A stretch of DNA of 64,000 bases, from the NCBI GenBank assembly GCA_038226705.1, contig JBBRQH010000020.1:4293-68292 (forward strand), in the 5' to 3' direction. Of this stretch, positions 47,293 through 55,930 are shown piece by piece. The notes under the pieces are model-generated. The model was given only the letters and a program-made list of their open reading frames with translations. It was not told where the DNA came from and did not search any database. The first letter of the stretch is position 1, and the number at the start of each line of letters is the position of its first letter. The position numbers and the translations under genes are program-made. The stretch comes from Chthoniobacterales bacterium (GTDB lineage Bacteria > Verrucomicrobiota > Verrucomicrobiia > Chthoniobacterales > SZAS-18).

Positions 47293-48053
47293 CGTCGGCC
47301 TCGTACCGCTTCTTCCAGTACGGCAGGGCCGAGACGGTCGCCTGGCGCTTGTTCCTCGTCTGGACCTGCGTGGGTGCCGCGGTACTTCCGTTTGGGATCG
47401 ATGCGCAAACGCTCGGCCGCCACCTCTCGCATCCTTTGGCCCTCCGCGTCGCGACAGCCCTACTCAGCTGGGCCGATCTGATCTGGATGGTCTTTGCCAC
47501 CTTCGTCATCTACTACCACGTCGTCGCAGCCGAGGGGATTGGTCGCGCTCGACTTCTCGCTGCCATTTGCCTCGTGGGTGCTGGGGCCATCGAATGGGTC
47601 GGTGCCACGACCGGATATCCCTTCGGTCCTTACCGCTACACCGAGGCTTTTGGTCCGCTCATCCTCGGCGTTCTGCCGGTCGCCATCCCGCTCGCGTGGC
47701 TGGTGATCCTTCTCTCGGCACGTTATGCACTGCTCGAGAGATGGCCGGAGTTGTCTCGTTTTGGACACGCCTGCGGCATCGGAATGGTTGCGCTGCTGAC
47801 GGATGTGAATCTCGAGTTCGTGGCTTGGAAGGTCCGCGGCTATTGGATCTGGTATCCAAACCTGGCGAATCCGCCGGCCTGGCCACCGCTCCAGAACTAC
47901 GTCGCCTGGTTCGCGCTCGCAGCGCTTTTGTCATTCTCGATGCCGCGCCTGCGTCCGCGCGAATTGCGTCCAGCGCGCCGCCTCACGGGGGTCCTCCTGG
48001 CTCTGAACGCCCTCTTTTTCGTCGCTCATGTTGTGCGCTGGACGAGGGGCTGA
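47289..48053 (+). CDS. Carotenoid-biosynthesis-associated membrane protein (DUF422-like)
   Basis: ATGA overlap with the desaturase. A multi-TM protein with GYPFGPYRYT and LTDVNLEFVA. Confidence 0.65.
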   Translation: MTSASYRFFQYGRAETVAWRLFLVWTCVGAAVLPFGIDAQTLGRHLSHPLALRVATALLSWADLIWMVFATFVIYYHVVAAEGIGRARLLAAICLVGAGAIEWVGATTGYPFGPYRYTEAFGPLILGVLPVAIPLAWLVILLSARYALLERWPELSRFGHACGIGMVALLTDVNLEFVAWKVRGYWIWYPNLANPPAWPPLQNYVAWFALAALLSFSMPRLRPRELRPARRLTGVLLALNALFFVAHVVRWTRG

Positions 48054-48061
48054 GGCGGGAA

Positions 48062-48274
48062 GAATCAAGAGTCAGTAATCAAGTAAACAGGGAGATCCGA
48101 AAAAATTTTAAGAGTCAGGATGGAGAAAGTGCGGATGAACCCCGAGGAGACAGCGAGCGTCGGGTTGCCTTTTCTCCCGGCTCCGTCGCTTTGGCCTGGA
48201 ATTCCGACTTCGGTCTTGTCCGCTCTTTTCTTCATCTTGAATCCCGTTGGCCCTTGATTTCTGACTCTTGAATC
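48062..48274. repeat. About 215-bp imperfect palindromic element (MITE-like or structured RNA)
   Basis: Left end GAATCAAGAGTCAGTAATCAAG (48062-48083) matches the reverse complement of CTTGATTTCTGACTCTTGAATC (48253-48274) at 20/22. The inner arms 48118-48141 and 48212-48236 are also complementary. Confidence 0.7.
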
Positions 48275-48369
48275 TCCTCTTAATTACACTGTCTCAAACA
48301 CGGCTACTGTAACGTAAATCGGGCCGTTTTGCGTTTTGAATGCGTGAGGGCATCCGTTAGTCTCTACGG

Positions 48370-51300
48370 ATGGCGGCGTCCTCGTTTGTTCATCTTCATC
48401 TGCACACGCATTATTCCACCCTCGATGGGGCGGTGCGCGCCGGCGACCTGATGAAAAAGGTGAAGGGCCTGGGCATGCCGGCGGTCGCGATGACCGATCA
48501 CGGAAACATGTTTGGCGCGATCGAGTTTTATCGGGCAGCGAAGAAGGCCGGCGTAAAGCCGATCATTGGCTGCGAGGTCTACATGGCGCCGGGTTCCCGA
48601 CGCGATCGCGCGGCGGGTTCGGCGCGCGAAGCCGCCTATCATTTCACCCTCCTCGCGGAGAATGCGGAAGGCTACGCCAACCTCTCCAAGCTGGTCACGG
48701 CGGGCTTCCTCGAGGGGTACTATTACAAGCCCCGCATCGACAAGGAAATCCTCGCCACGCATGCCCGTGGGCTCATCGCGCTGAGCGGATGCTTCAAAGG
48801 CGAGGTCAACTCCTTCCTCAATGCGGGCCAGCCCGAGAAGGCACTCCGCGCCCTGGGGGAACTGCGCGACATCTTCACGCCAAAGAATCTTTTCGTGGAA
48901 CTGCATGACCACGGGATGGAATCGCAGCGGAAGAACAACCCGCAACTTGTGCAGATGGCGCGCGACCTGGGCCTCGGTCTCGCCGCGGCGAATGACGTGC
49001 ACTTCCTCGAGCGTTCCCACCACGACGCGCATGATGTGCTCGTCTGCATCGGCACGCAGGCCATGGTGCACGACCAGAAGCGCATGCACTACTCGCCGGA
49101 GCTCTATTTCAAGAGCGCCGAAGAGATGCGGATACTTTTTGCAGAGCTGCCGGACGCCTGCGACAACACGCTTGAGATCGCCGAGCGTTGCAGCCTCGAG
49201 ATTGAATTCGGCCGGCCGAAGTATCCCGACTTCGAGCCGCCCGCCGACAAGACGCGCAGCGAGTACCTCCGCGAACTCTGCTGGGCAGGCCTGGCCAAAC
49301 GCTTCGGGGAACGCGCCGAGAGCGACACGACGCTCAGACAGCGGCTCGAGTACGAACTCGGGGTGCTCGAAAAATCCGGCTTCATCAGCTATTTCCTCAT
49401 CGTTTGGGATTTCATCCGGTTTGCGAAGGATCGCGGCATCCCGGTGGGCCCGGGACGCGGCTCGGCGGCCGGTTCGCTCGTCGCCTACGCCCTCGGGATC
49501 ACCGACATCGATCCCATTCGTTTCAACCTGCTCTTCGAGCGCTTTCTCAATCCGGAACGCGTCAGCCCGCCGGATATCGACGTCGATTTCTGCCAGACCC
49601 GGCGCGATGAAGTCATTCAGTACGTCCGCCAGAAATACGGGGAGAGCCGGGTGAGCCAGATTATCACCTACGGCACGTTGAGTTCGAAAGCGGTGCTGAA
49701 AGACGTGAACCGCGTGCTCGGTTTTAGCTACGCGGATGGGGACAAGCTCTCGAAGATGATCCCGCTGAAGGGACAGGTTCCCTACGATCTGCCCGAGGCG
49801 ATTCTGGTTAACGGCGAGTTGAAGAAACTCATCGAGACCGATGGCAACGCGAAGCAAGTGTGGGACTACGCACTCGTGCTGGAAGGCTTGGTGCGAGGCA
49901 CGGGCGTGCACGCGGCGGGCGTCGTGATCGGGGCGGAGGATCTTTCCAACTTCGTCCCCCTCGCCCGGGACAAGGACGAAAACGTCATCACGCAGTACGA
50001 CGGCAATACGCTGAACGACCTCGGCCTGCTCAAGATGGACTTCCTCGGGCTGAAAACCCTTACCGTCATCGAGGATGCGCTCACGCTCATTCGCGCCCGG
50101 CGCGCCCCGCAGTTTCGTTTTGAGGAGACGAACCAGGAGAACGACGGACCGACAATCGCGATGCTCAATCGCGGCGAAACCGTCGGCGTCTTCCAGTTGG
50201 AATCCGGCGGCATGGTCAGTCTTTGCCGGCAGTTCGAGATCGCCTCGATCGACGACATCATCGCGCTCATCGCGCTCTATCGGCCGGGCCCGATGGACCT
50301 GATTCCCGACTACATCGCGCGGAAGAAGGGCAAGACGAAGATCAAGTACGCGCACCCGCGGCTGGAGGAGATCTGCGGCGATACGTTCGGCATCATGATC
50401 TACCAGGAGCAGGTCATGGCGGCCGCGAATATCCTCGCCGGCTACTCGCTCGGCGGCGCCGATCTGCTGCGGCGCGCGATGGGCAAGAAGGATTTCGCGA
50501 AGATGCAGCAGGAGCGCAGCAAGTTCGTCAAAGGCTGCGCCGAGACGAATGCGATCGGCGAGACCAAGGCGAACGAGATCTTCGACTTGCTGGAGAAGTT
50601 CGCCGGTTACGGCTTCAACCGCAGCCACAGCGCCGCGTACGGCTGGGTGAGCTACCAGACGGCCTTTCTCAAGGCCAACTACCCGGTCGAGTTCATGTCG
50701 GCCACGCTCAGCAACGCCATCAATGCCAGCGATGCGACGGAGAAGATCGCCACGCTGGTGGGAGAGTGCCAGCGCATGCAGGTGCCCATCCTCCCCCCGG
50801 ATGTGAACCGCAGTCGGCTGAAGTTTCAACCCGAGGACCGCGAAGGCGAAATCGCCGCGATCCGCTTCGGGTTGGCGGCGGTCAAAAACGTCGGGGAGGC
50901 CGCCGTGACGGAAATCGTGCAGGAACGCGAGACGAACGGCGCGTTTGCCTCCCTGGATGATGTTTGCCGCCGGCTCGACTCGCGCCTGCTCAACAAGAAA
51001 GCGCTCGAGAGCCTGATTAAGGCGGGTGCCTTCGATGCCTTCGGGGAGGCGCGGGAATCCGCCGTGGCGCGGTTGGATCAGGTGATCGCCTCGGCTCAGC
51101 GCGAACAAAAAGAAAAGGCGAGCGGACAGATCTCGCTCTTCGGCGACTTTGGCAGCAACGAAGCCACCGGAGAACCCGAGGCGATGGGCACAGGCGTGCG
51201 CGAAGTGGTCTTCACCCCCTGGCCGGAAGAGGAAAAACTCGGCTACGAAAAAGAGCTGCTAGGGTTCTACGTCAGCGGGCATCCGCTCGACGCGTACCGG

Positions 51301-51927
51301 CCGCTTTTCGAGAACGAAAAGTTCCGGCCGCTCATTTCGCTCGGGGAACTCGAAGATCGCGCTTCGTTCCACGCCATCGGGATGTTTGTCTCGGTCGAGA
51401 AGAAGTTTTCCAAGAAGGACAGCCGTCCGTTTGCGGTGGTCGTGCTCGAGGATCTCACGCACAGCCTCGAGGCCATGGTCTGGAGCGAGGCGTTCGAAAA
51501 GCACTCGGCGCTGCTTGAAGCACGCAAAGTCGTGCAGGTGCGCGGCAAGGTGGACAAGCGCGGGGAAGAGCTGCGCATCACCATCGATGATATCAAACCG
51601 GTAAAGCAGCCGCCGCCCCTCACGCCGGGCGCCAAGCCCGGGCCGACGCGTCGCTCGGGTCGACTGCCCAAGGCTGAAGCGAAATCCGACTCCTTGCCCG
51701 TCCTGGCCGACGCAGCCTTGCGACTGCGCATTGCGATCGACGAGACGTTTTCCCACCGACTCACCGGCATTCGCCAGGTTCTCGCGTCCCATCCGGGCGC
51801 CCAGCACGTCGAGTTCGATCTGGTGCAACCCGATGGTGCCGTCGTCCGCTGCCGCGCTGGCTCTGCCCTTTGCGTGCAAAGCAGCGGCGAACTGGCTTCC
51901 GCGCTCGAACCCTATCTGGCCGCATGA
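48370..51927 (+). CDS. dnaE: DNA polymerase III subunit alpha
   Basis: PHP domain FVHLHLHTHYSTLDGA, the palm region GRGSAAGSLVAYALGITDIDP and FERFLNPERVSPPDIDVDF, and a C-terminal OB domain. Length 1185 aa. Confidence 0.97.
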   Translation: MAASSFVHLHLHTHYSTLDGAVRAGDLMKKVKGLGMPAVAMTDHGNMFGAIEFYRAAKKAGVKPIIGCEVYMAPGSRRDRAAGSAREAAYHFTLLAENAEGYANLSKLVTAGFLEGYYYKPRIDKEILATHARGLIALSGCFKGEVNSFLNAGQPEKALRALGELRDIFTPKNLFVELHDHGMESQRKNNPQLVQMARDLGLGLAAANDVHFLERSHHDAHDVLVCIGTQAMVHDQKRMHYSPELYFKSAEEMRILFAELPDACDNTLEIAERCSLEIEFGRPKYPDFEPPADKTRSEYLRELCWAGLAKRFGERAESDTTLRQRLEYELGVLEKSGFISYFLIVWDFIRFAKDRGIPVGPGRGSAAGSLVAYALGITDIDPIRFNLLFERFLNPERVSPPDIDVDFCQTRRDEVIQYVRQKYGESRVSQIITYGTLSSKAVLKDVNRVLGFSYADGDKLSKMIPLKGQVPYDLPEAILVNGELKKLIETDGNAKQVWDYALVLEGLVRGTGVHAAGVVIGAEDLSNFVPLARDKDENVITQYDGNTLNDLGLLKMDFLGLKTLTVIEDALTLIRARRAPQFRFEETNQENDGPTIAMLNRGETVGVFQLESGGMVSLCRQFEIASIDDIIALIALYRPGPMDLIPDYIARKKGKTKIKYAHPRLEEICGDTFGIMIYQEQVMAAANILAGYSLGGADLLRRAMGKKDFAKMQQERSKFVKGCAETNAIGETKANEIFDLLEKFAGYGFNRSHSAAYGWVSYQTAFLKANYPVEFMSATLSNAINASDATEKIATLVGECQRMQVPILPPDVNRSRLKFQPEDREGEIAAIRFGLAAVKNVGEAAVTEIVQERETNGAFASLDDVCRRLDSRLLNKKALESLIKAGAFDAFGEARESAVARLDQVIASAQREQKEKASGQISLFGDFGSNEATGEPEAMGTGVREVVFTPWPEEEKLGYEKELLGFYVSGHPLDAYRPLFENEKFRPLISLGELEDRASFHAIGMFVSVEKKFSKKDSRPFAVVVLEDLTHSLEAMVWSEAFEKHSALLEARKVVQVRGKVDKRGEELRITIDDIKPVKQPPPLTPGAKPGPTRRSGRLPKAEAKSDSLPVLADAALRLRIAIDETFSHRLTGIRQVLASHPGAQHVEFDLVQPDGAVVRCRAGSALCVQSSGELASALEPYLAA

Positions 51928-52006
51928 CGACGCCTTCGCCGCTCCCCCGCGCGGGTCGCCTTTTTGCGACCGGGATCCCACCCTTTTTTGGCTGACGCTT
52001 CTCTCG

Positions 52007-52774
52007 ATGAAACCGATGAAAATCGAGGAGATCATCCTCGAACTCCGCCAGCAACACCGGCTCGTGCCGGTGGCCGCGCTCCGCGCGGCTTCGGCGCATC
52101 GGAAGACGATGACCCCGGTTCTTCTAGGCGCGCTCGAGACCGTCCTCGCCACGCCGGACAAACCGGACGAAGCGATGCTGCAACTGGCCACGTATGGCAT
52201 CTATCTGCTGGCCGAATGCCGCGACAACCGCGCCTTTCCCCTCCTCTGCCGGCTCTATGGACTTCCGCGCGCGCAACGCGACACCCTCGTGGCCGACATG
52301 ATCACGGAAGACGCCGCCCGCCATTTGGCGGCGACCGCGGGCGAGTCCGGCGGTCCCGCGGCGTTGAATCGGGCCTTCGTGGAAAGCACGGGCGACGCCC
52401 ACTACCGCCTCGCCTTGTTTGACGCGTTGATTTCGCTCGTCGCGTGGGGAGAAGCGAAGCGCGAGGAAGTCGCGCCGATCCTGACCCGTCATTTCATTTT
52501 CTCCGCGGTGCAGGAGGTGAACCCGGATGACGACTTCATCGGCTGCGCGGTCATGAGCGCGCTGGACTTCGGCCTCGTCGAAGTGCGCGACGAGATTCGT
52601 CGACTCCTTCGAACACGTCCGAGCCTGGAAGAATTTGTCGACTGGGAGGAGGCCGAATTGCAATTGCGCCAGGGCGCGGAATCCGGCTGGGAATACCAGC
52701 GCCATCCCCGCTTTCGGCGTTTGGGGAAAGCGACCGAGGAATGCGCTTGGTGGCATCGCTCCGAGCGGGAGTAG
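52007..52774 (+). CDS. DUF1186-like hypothetical protein
   Basis: Internal ATG giving MKPMKIEEIILELRQQ.... The assignment rests on general resemblance from memory and is weak. Confidence 0.5.
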   Translation: MKPMKIEEIILELRQQHRLVPVAALRAASAHRKTMTPVLLGALETVLATPDKPDEAMLQLATYGIYLLAECRDNRAFPLLCRLYGLPRAQRDTLVADMITEDAARHLAATAGESGGPAALNRAFVESTGDAHYRLALFDALISLVAWGEAKREEVAPILTRHFIFSAVQEVNPDDDFIGCAVMSALDFGLVEVRDEIRRLLRTRPSLEEFVDWEEAELQLRQGAESGWEYQRHPRFRRLGKATEECAWWHRSERE

Positions 52775-52868
52775 AAAGGTCTCAGACCTAATTTCGGTAT
52801 TCCGTGTTTTTCGAGCCATTCGCAGGCCAGATGTTTTGCGACCTTATCTCCGCTCCGGTTGACGGTGC

Positions 52869-53273
52869 TCAAGGAGGACAGATGAGCTTCACCCTTGGAA
52901 AATACGTGACGTAACGCGCGGCGTCCCGGGTCAGGAGGGTGTGGCCCTCCGACTCGGCGTGGGCCCCGATGAAAAAATCGGGCAGCGGCGCCGTCCGTGT
53001 CCCGCCGGCCTTGCGGTACGCCGCAAAAGCACGCGCCGCAGGAAAACCGGCAGAATACGGGAGAGCGAGGCGCTTGAAATCCGAGGCAGGAAGAAGATTC
53101 AGGTCGAGTGCGCGCTCATGCGGGTAGCAAGGCGCGAGTTCCGCATATATCACCGGATTGATCGCCGCCTGACGCTTATTGATGAGCGGAGCAAGCCGGG
53201 CACTTGACCAGGCAAACCATTGGGGGTCTCGCGTGGCAATGTCGAGTAACACATTGGTATCCACCAGCACCAT
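52869..53273 (-). CDS. vapC: Type II toxin VapC (PIN-domain ribonuclease)
   Basis: MVLVDTNVLLD (first acidic residue), YAEL, FFIGAHA, LLTRD. Confidence 0.9.
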   Translation of the reverse strand: MVLVDTNVLLDIATRDPQWFAWSSARLAPLINKRQAAINPVIYAELAPCYPHERALDLNLLPASDFKRLALPYSAGFPAARAFAAYRKAGGTRTAPLPDFFIGAHAESEGHTLLTRDAARYVTYFPRVKLICPP

Positions 53274-53276
53274 GCG

Positions 53277-53516
53277 TCAATCTTCTCCCCGGGTGATGGC
53301 CATGAGTTGATCGGTGGTGAGCTTCGTCGCCGCCGACCCAGCAGCTTTGGAGAGCCAACTGTCCGCCGCCGTGGCGCCGCGCCTGCTGCGCCGCCTGGGT
53401 TTCAGGCGCAGCGCATCGCCGTCGGCGATAAACTCGACTTCAGTTCCAGGCAGCAAGGAAAAGCGTTCCCTGAGCGCTTGAGGGATTGTGACCTGCCCCT
53501 TGACCGTGATCGTCAT
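53277..53516 (-). CDS. vapB: AbrB/SpoVT-type antitoxin (VapB)
   Basis: MTITVKGQVTIPQALRERF swapped-hairpin motif; the gene lies 3 nt upstream of vapC. Confidence 0.88.
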   Translation of the reverse strand: MTITVKGQVTIPQALRERFSLLPGTEVEFIADGDALRLKPRRRSRRGATAADSWLSKAAGSAATKLTTDQLMAITRGED

Positions 53517-53522
53517 GGCAAA

Positions 53523-53551
53523 GTCTTACTAAGACCAGTATTACTTGTCAA
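53523..53551 (-). promoter_or_regulatory. Candidate vapBC promoter with an overlapping palindromic operator
   Basis: The minus strand reads TTGACA-17 nt-TAAGAC, ending 6 nt before the vapB ATG. The -10 lies inside the palindrome GTCTTAcTAAGAC (53523-53535). Confidence 0.4.
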
Positions 53552-53870
53552 TTCAATCGCGGTCCGCGCGACGCGTGACGTCCTGATCGAAATCTATGCG
53601 CGTGACAGTCTCGCCCCTGACCTTATTCCTCCCCTTTGTGTCTTCGTGACTCTGCCTGCTTGGAACGGAACGACGGAAGTGAGGACACAGCCGCTCCCAG
53701 CGGCGATTCGGCTGACCGCCGGGCGGGTGGGAGGGAAGATATTCTCACACAAAGACACAAAGGCACCAGGGCTCTGGAGCGTGTCTTTCTCGCGGTCCGA
53801 CGGTCGACTTTCCTTAGCCTATGGCCAAAGGCCTGGGTTCTAATCGCCAACCGACGCGGCCTGACATTGC

Positions 53871-54467
53871 TTACCAGTTTTTGATCCAGACGCGGTTCGC
53901 CGTCTTGGCATCCAAGGCATCTTGTCCCGCCGTGCTCCACAAATCGAAAGTCGGATTGTAGCCGCCAGTTCCCGACCGGGGTGGAGACATCTGCGCGTCG
54001 CGGGCGGTCGAATACCCATAAGATTTTCCAAACGGATCGCTCAGAATGGTTTGATTTGTCGCGGGGTCTGTCAGGGTTTGATTGGTTTTGAACTCGTAAT
54101 ACGACTTCGCACCCGCCTGCAGGGCTCCGCCTTGGTCCCGCCCGGAAAGCGTATAATAGAGCTTTTGGCCCGCAATTTGGTACACCGCCGGATTGAACAT
54201 CCGCTGCGGGTCCAATCCGTCCGTCTCGGACGTGTGCGGATACTCCCCGTTATCCAGTTTGTAATTTTCGATCGCCGCACTGAGCGCCGAGATCTCGCCC
54301 TCCGCTCGGCTGCGCCGGGCCTTGTTATTGGCGTAGCTGAAGGCCCCGATCGTGATGCCGACAAGGATCAGAATGAGCGCGATGACCGTCAGCAGCTCGA
54401 TGAGCGTGAATCCATCGCATCGAAGCGCTCGAATTCGGTGAGCGAAGCGAGACGGACAATCGTTCAT
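53871..54467 (-). CDS. GspG-like pseudopilin (prepilin-type N-terminal cleavage/methylation domain)
   Basis: DGFTLIELLTVIALILILVGITIGAF, followed by ARRSRAEGEISALSAAIENYKLDNGEYP. Confidence 0.85.
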   Translation of the reverse strand: MNDCPSRFAHRIRALRCDGFTLIELLTVIALILILVGITIGAFSYANNKARRSRAEGEISALSAAIENYKLDNGEYPHTSETDGLDPQRMFNPAVYQIAGQKLYYTLSGRDQGGALQAGAKSYYEFKTNQTLTDPATNQTILSDPFGKSYGYSTARDAQMSPPRSGTGGYNPTFDLWSTAGQDALDAKTANRVWIKNW

Positions 54468-54508
54468 GGCGTCAGGCGAAACGGGCGAACCCAAAGAATT
54501 GAGTTCGA

Positions 54509-55813
54509 TCAGTTCTGCTGCTGCCCCATCGTCTCGATGATGGTGATAAGCGGGAGGAAAAGGGCGATGACGATCGTCCCCACGATCAAGGCCAGGAACA
54601 CGATCATGATCGGCTCCAGCAGGGAGGTGAGCCCCGCCACGGCACTGTCGACCTCGTCGTCGTATACCTCCGCGATCTTAAGCAGCAGTTCCGGGAGCTG
54701 ACCAGTCTCCTCGCCGACATCCACCATACTAACGACCATGGGCGGAAAGATTCCGCTCGCTTCCATCGGTTGCACAAGGGACTCGCCTTCCTTCACGCCG
54801 TCGTGCACTTTGCCAATGGCATCGGAGATGACGGAATTATCGGCGGTTTCGCTGGTGATGGTGAGGGCCTGGAGGATGGGCACGCCGCTAGTCACAAGGG
54901 TGCCGAAAGTGCGGCTGAAACGGGCGATGGCGCTCTTGCGCACCAGTTCGCCGAAGAGCGGGATGCGAATGGCGAGACGGTCGAGAATGCGCCGGCCGCG
55001 CACGCTGCCGGAAAACCAGATCCAAATGGTGGCGATCAGGCCCACTCCCAGCGCGAGCCAGATAATCTGATCCTTCACGAAGCTGCTGACACCGATCACG
55101 AACTGCGTGAGTCCCGGCAGCGGTCTGCCACCCAATAGATCCGCGAAGATCTGCTGAAACTTCGGCACGATTGCGATCATCAAATACGAGACGATCACCA
55201 CCGCGATGACGAGGACCGTGATGGGGTAGAACAGCGCGGACTTCACCTTGTTCTTCACCTTCGCCGCCTTCTCCTGGAACTCGGCCAGACGGGCGAGAAC
55301 GAGATCGAGAACGCCTCCCACTTCGCCCGCCTTGACCATGCTCACGAAGAGCTGGTTGAAGATGCGCGGATGTTGGGCCAGGCCTTCCGAAAACGTGCTG
55401 CCGCCCTGCACGGAGTCCGCAATTTTCTCGATGGCCCCTCTCAGGACGGGATCACGCTCCTGCTTCGAGAGCACGGTGAGGCCCCGGAGAAGCGGGAGAC
55501 CCGCGTCGATCAGCGTGGCGAGCTGACGGGTGAAAATCATCATCGCTTTCGGCGCAACCGTCTTCCGTTGGAACAGAACGATCTGGCCCCGTTTTTTCGC
55601 GCCCGTTGCGGCCGCGCTGCTTGTCCTGGCCTTCGCTACTTTCCCACCCGTGGCCGGCTTCGCCTTCACGGTCTTGCCGGCTTCGACCACGCTCGTCGGG
55701 AAGAAGCCGCTTTGGCGCAATTGGGTCACGGCTTCGCCCTGCGAAGCAGCGTCGAGAACGCCGTTGGATTCCTGGCCGCGAGCATCAAGGGCGGTGTAAA
55801 CGAAGCGAGGCAT
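54509..55813 (-). CDS. Type II secretion / type IV pilus platform protein (GspF/PilC family)
   Basis: MPRFVYTALDARGQESNGVLDA... and two T2SSF repeats with three TM segments. Confidence 0.9.
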   Translation of the reverse strand: MPRFVYTALDARGQESNGVLDAASQGEAVTQLRQSGFFPTSVVEAGKTVKAKPATGGKVAKARTSSAAATGAKKRGQIVLFQRKTVAPKAMMIFTRQLATLIDAGLPLLRGLTVLSKQERDPVLRGAIEKIADSVQGGSTFSEGLAQHPRIFNQLFVSMVKAGEVGGVLDLVLARLAEFQEKAAKVKNKVKSALFYPITVLVIAVVIVSYLMIAIVPKFQQIFADLLGGRPLPGLTQFVIGVSSFVKDQIIWLALGVGLIATIWIWFSGSVRGRRILDRLAIRIPLFGELVRKSAIARFSRTFGTLVTSGVPILQALTITSETADNSVISDAIGKVHDGVKEGESLVQPMEASGIFPPMVVSMVDVGEETGQLPELLLKIAEVYDDEVDSAVAGLTSLLEPIMIVFLALIVGTIVIALFLPLITIIETMGQQQN

Positions 55814-55930
55814 GGGGGAAGGAAACTCGGCGGAAGTCGAAATGCGAAGTTCAAGAGCGCTGGCAAACGCCCAGCGAGGAAGGGATTTCGACACGTAAAA
55901 TCGATTTCAAGAGAGTTCTCGTTCAGGTGG

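Noticed and set aside
48364-51108. 914-aa minus-strand ORF
   Set aside because: It is antisense to dnaE, whose identity is unambiguous. Its composition is R/A/G/L-biased, so it is a shadow ORF.
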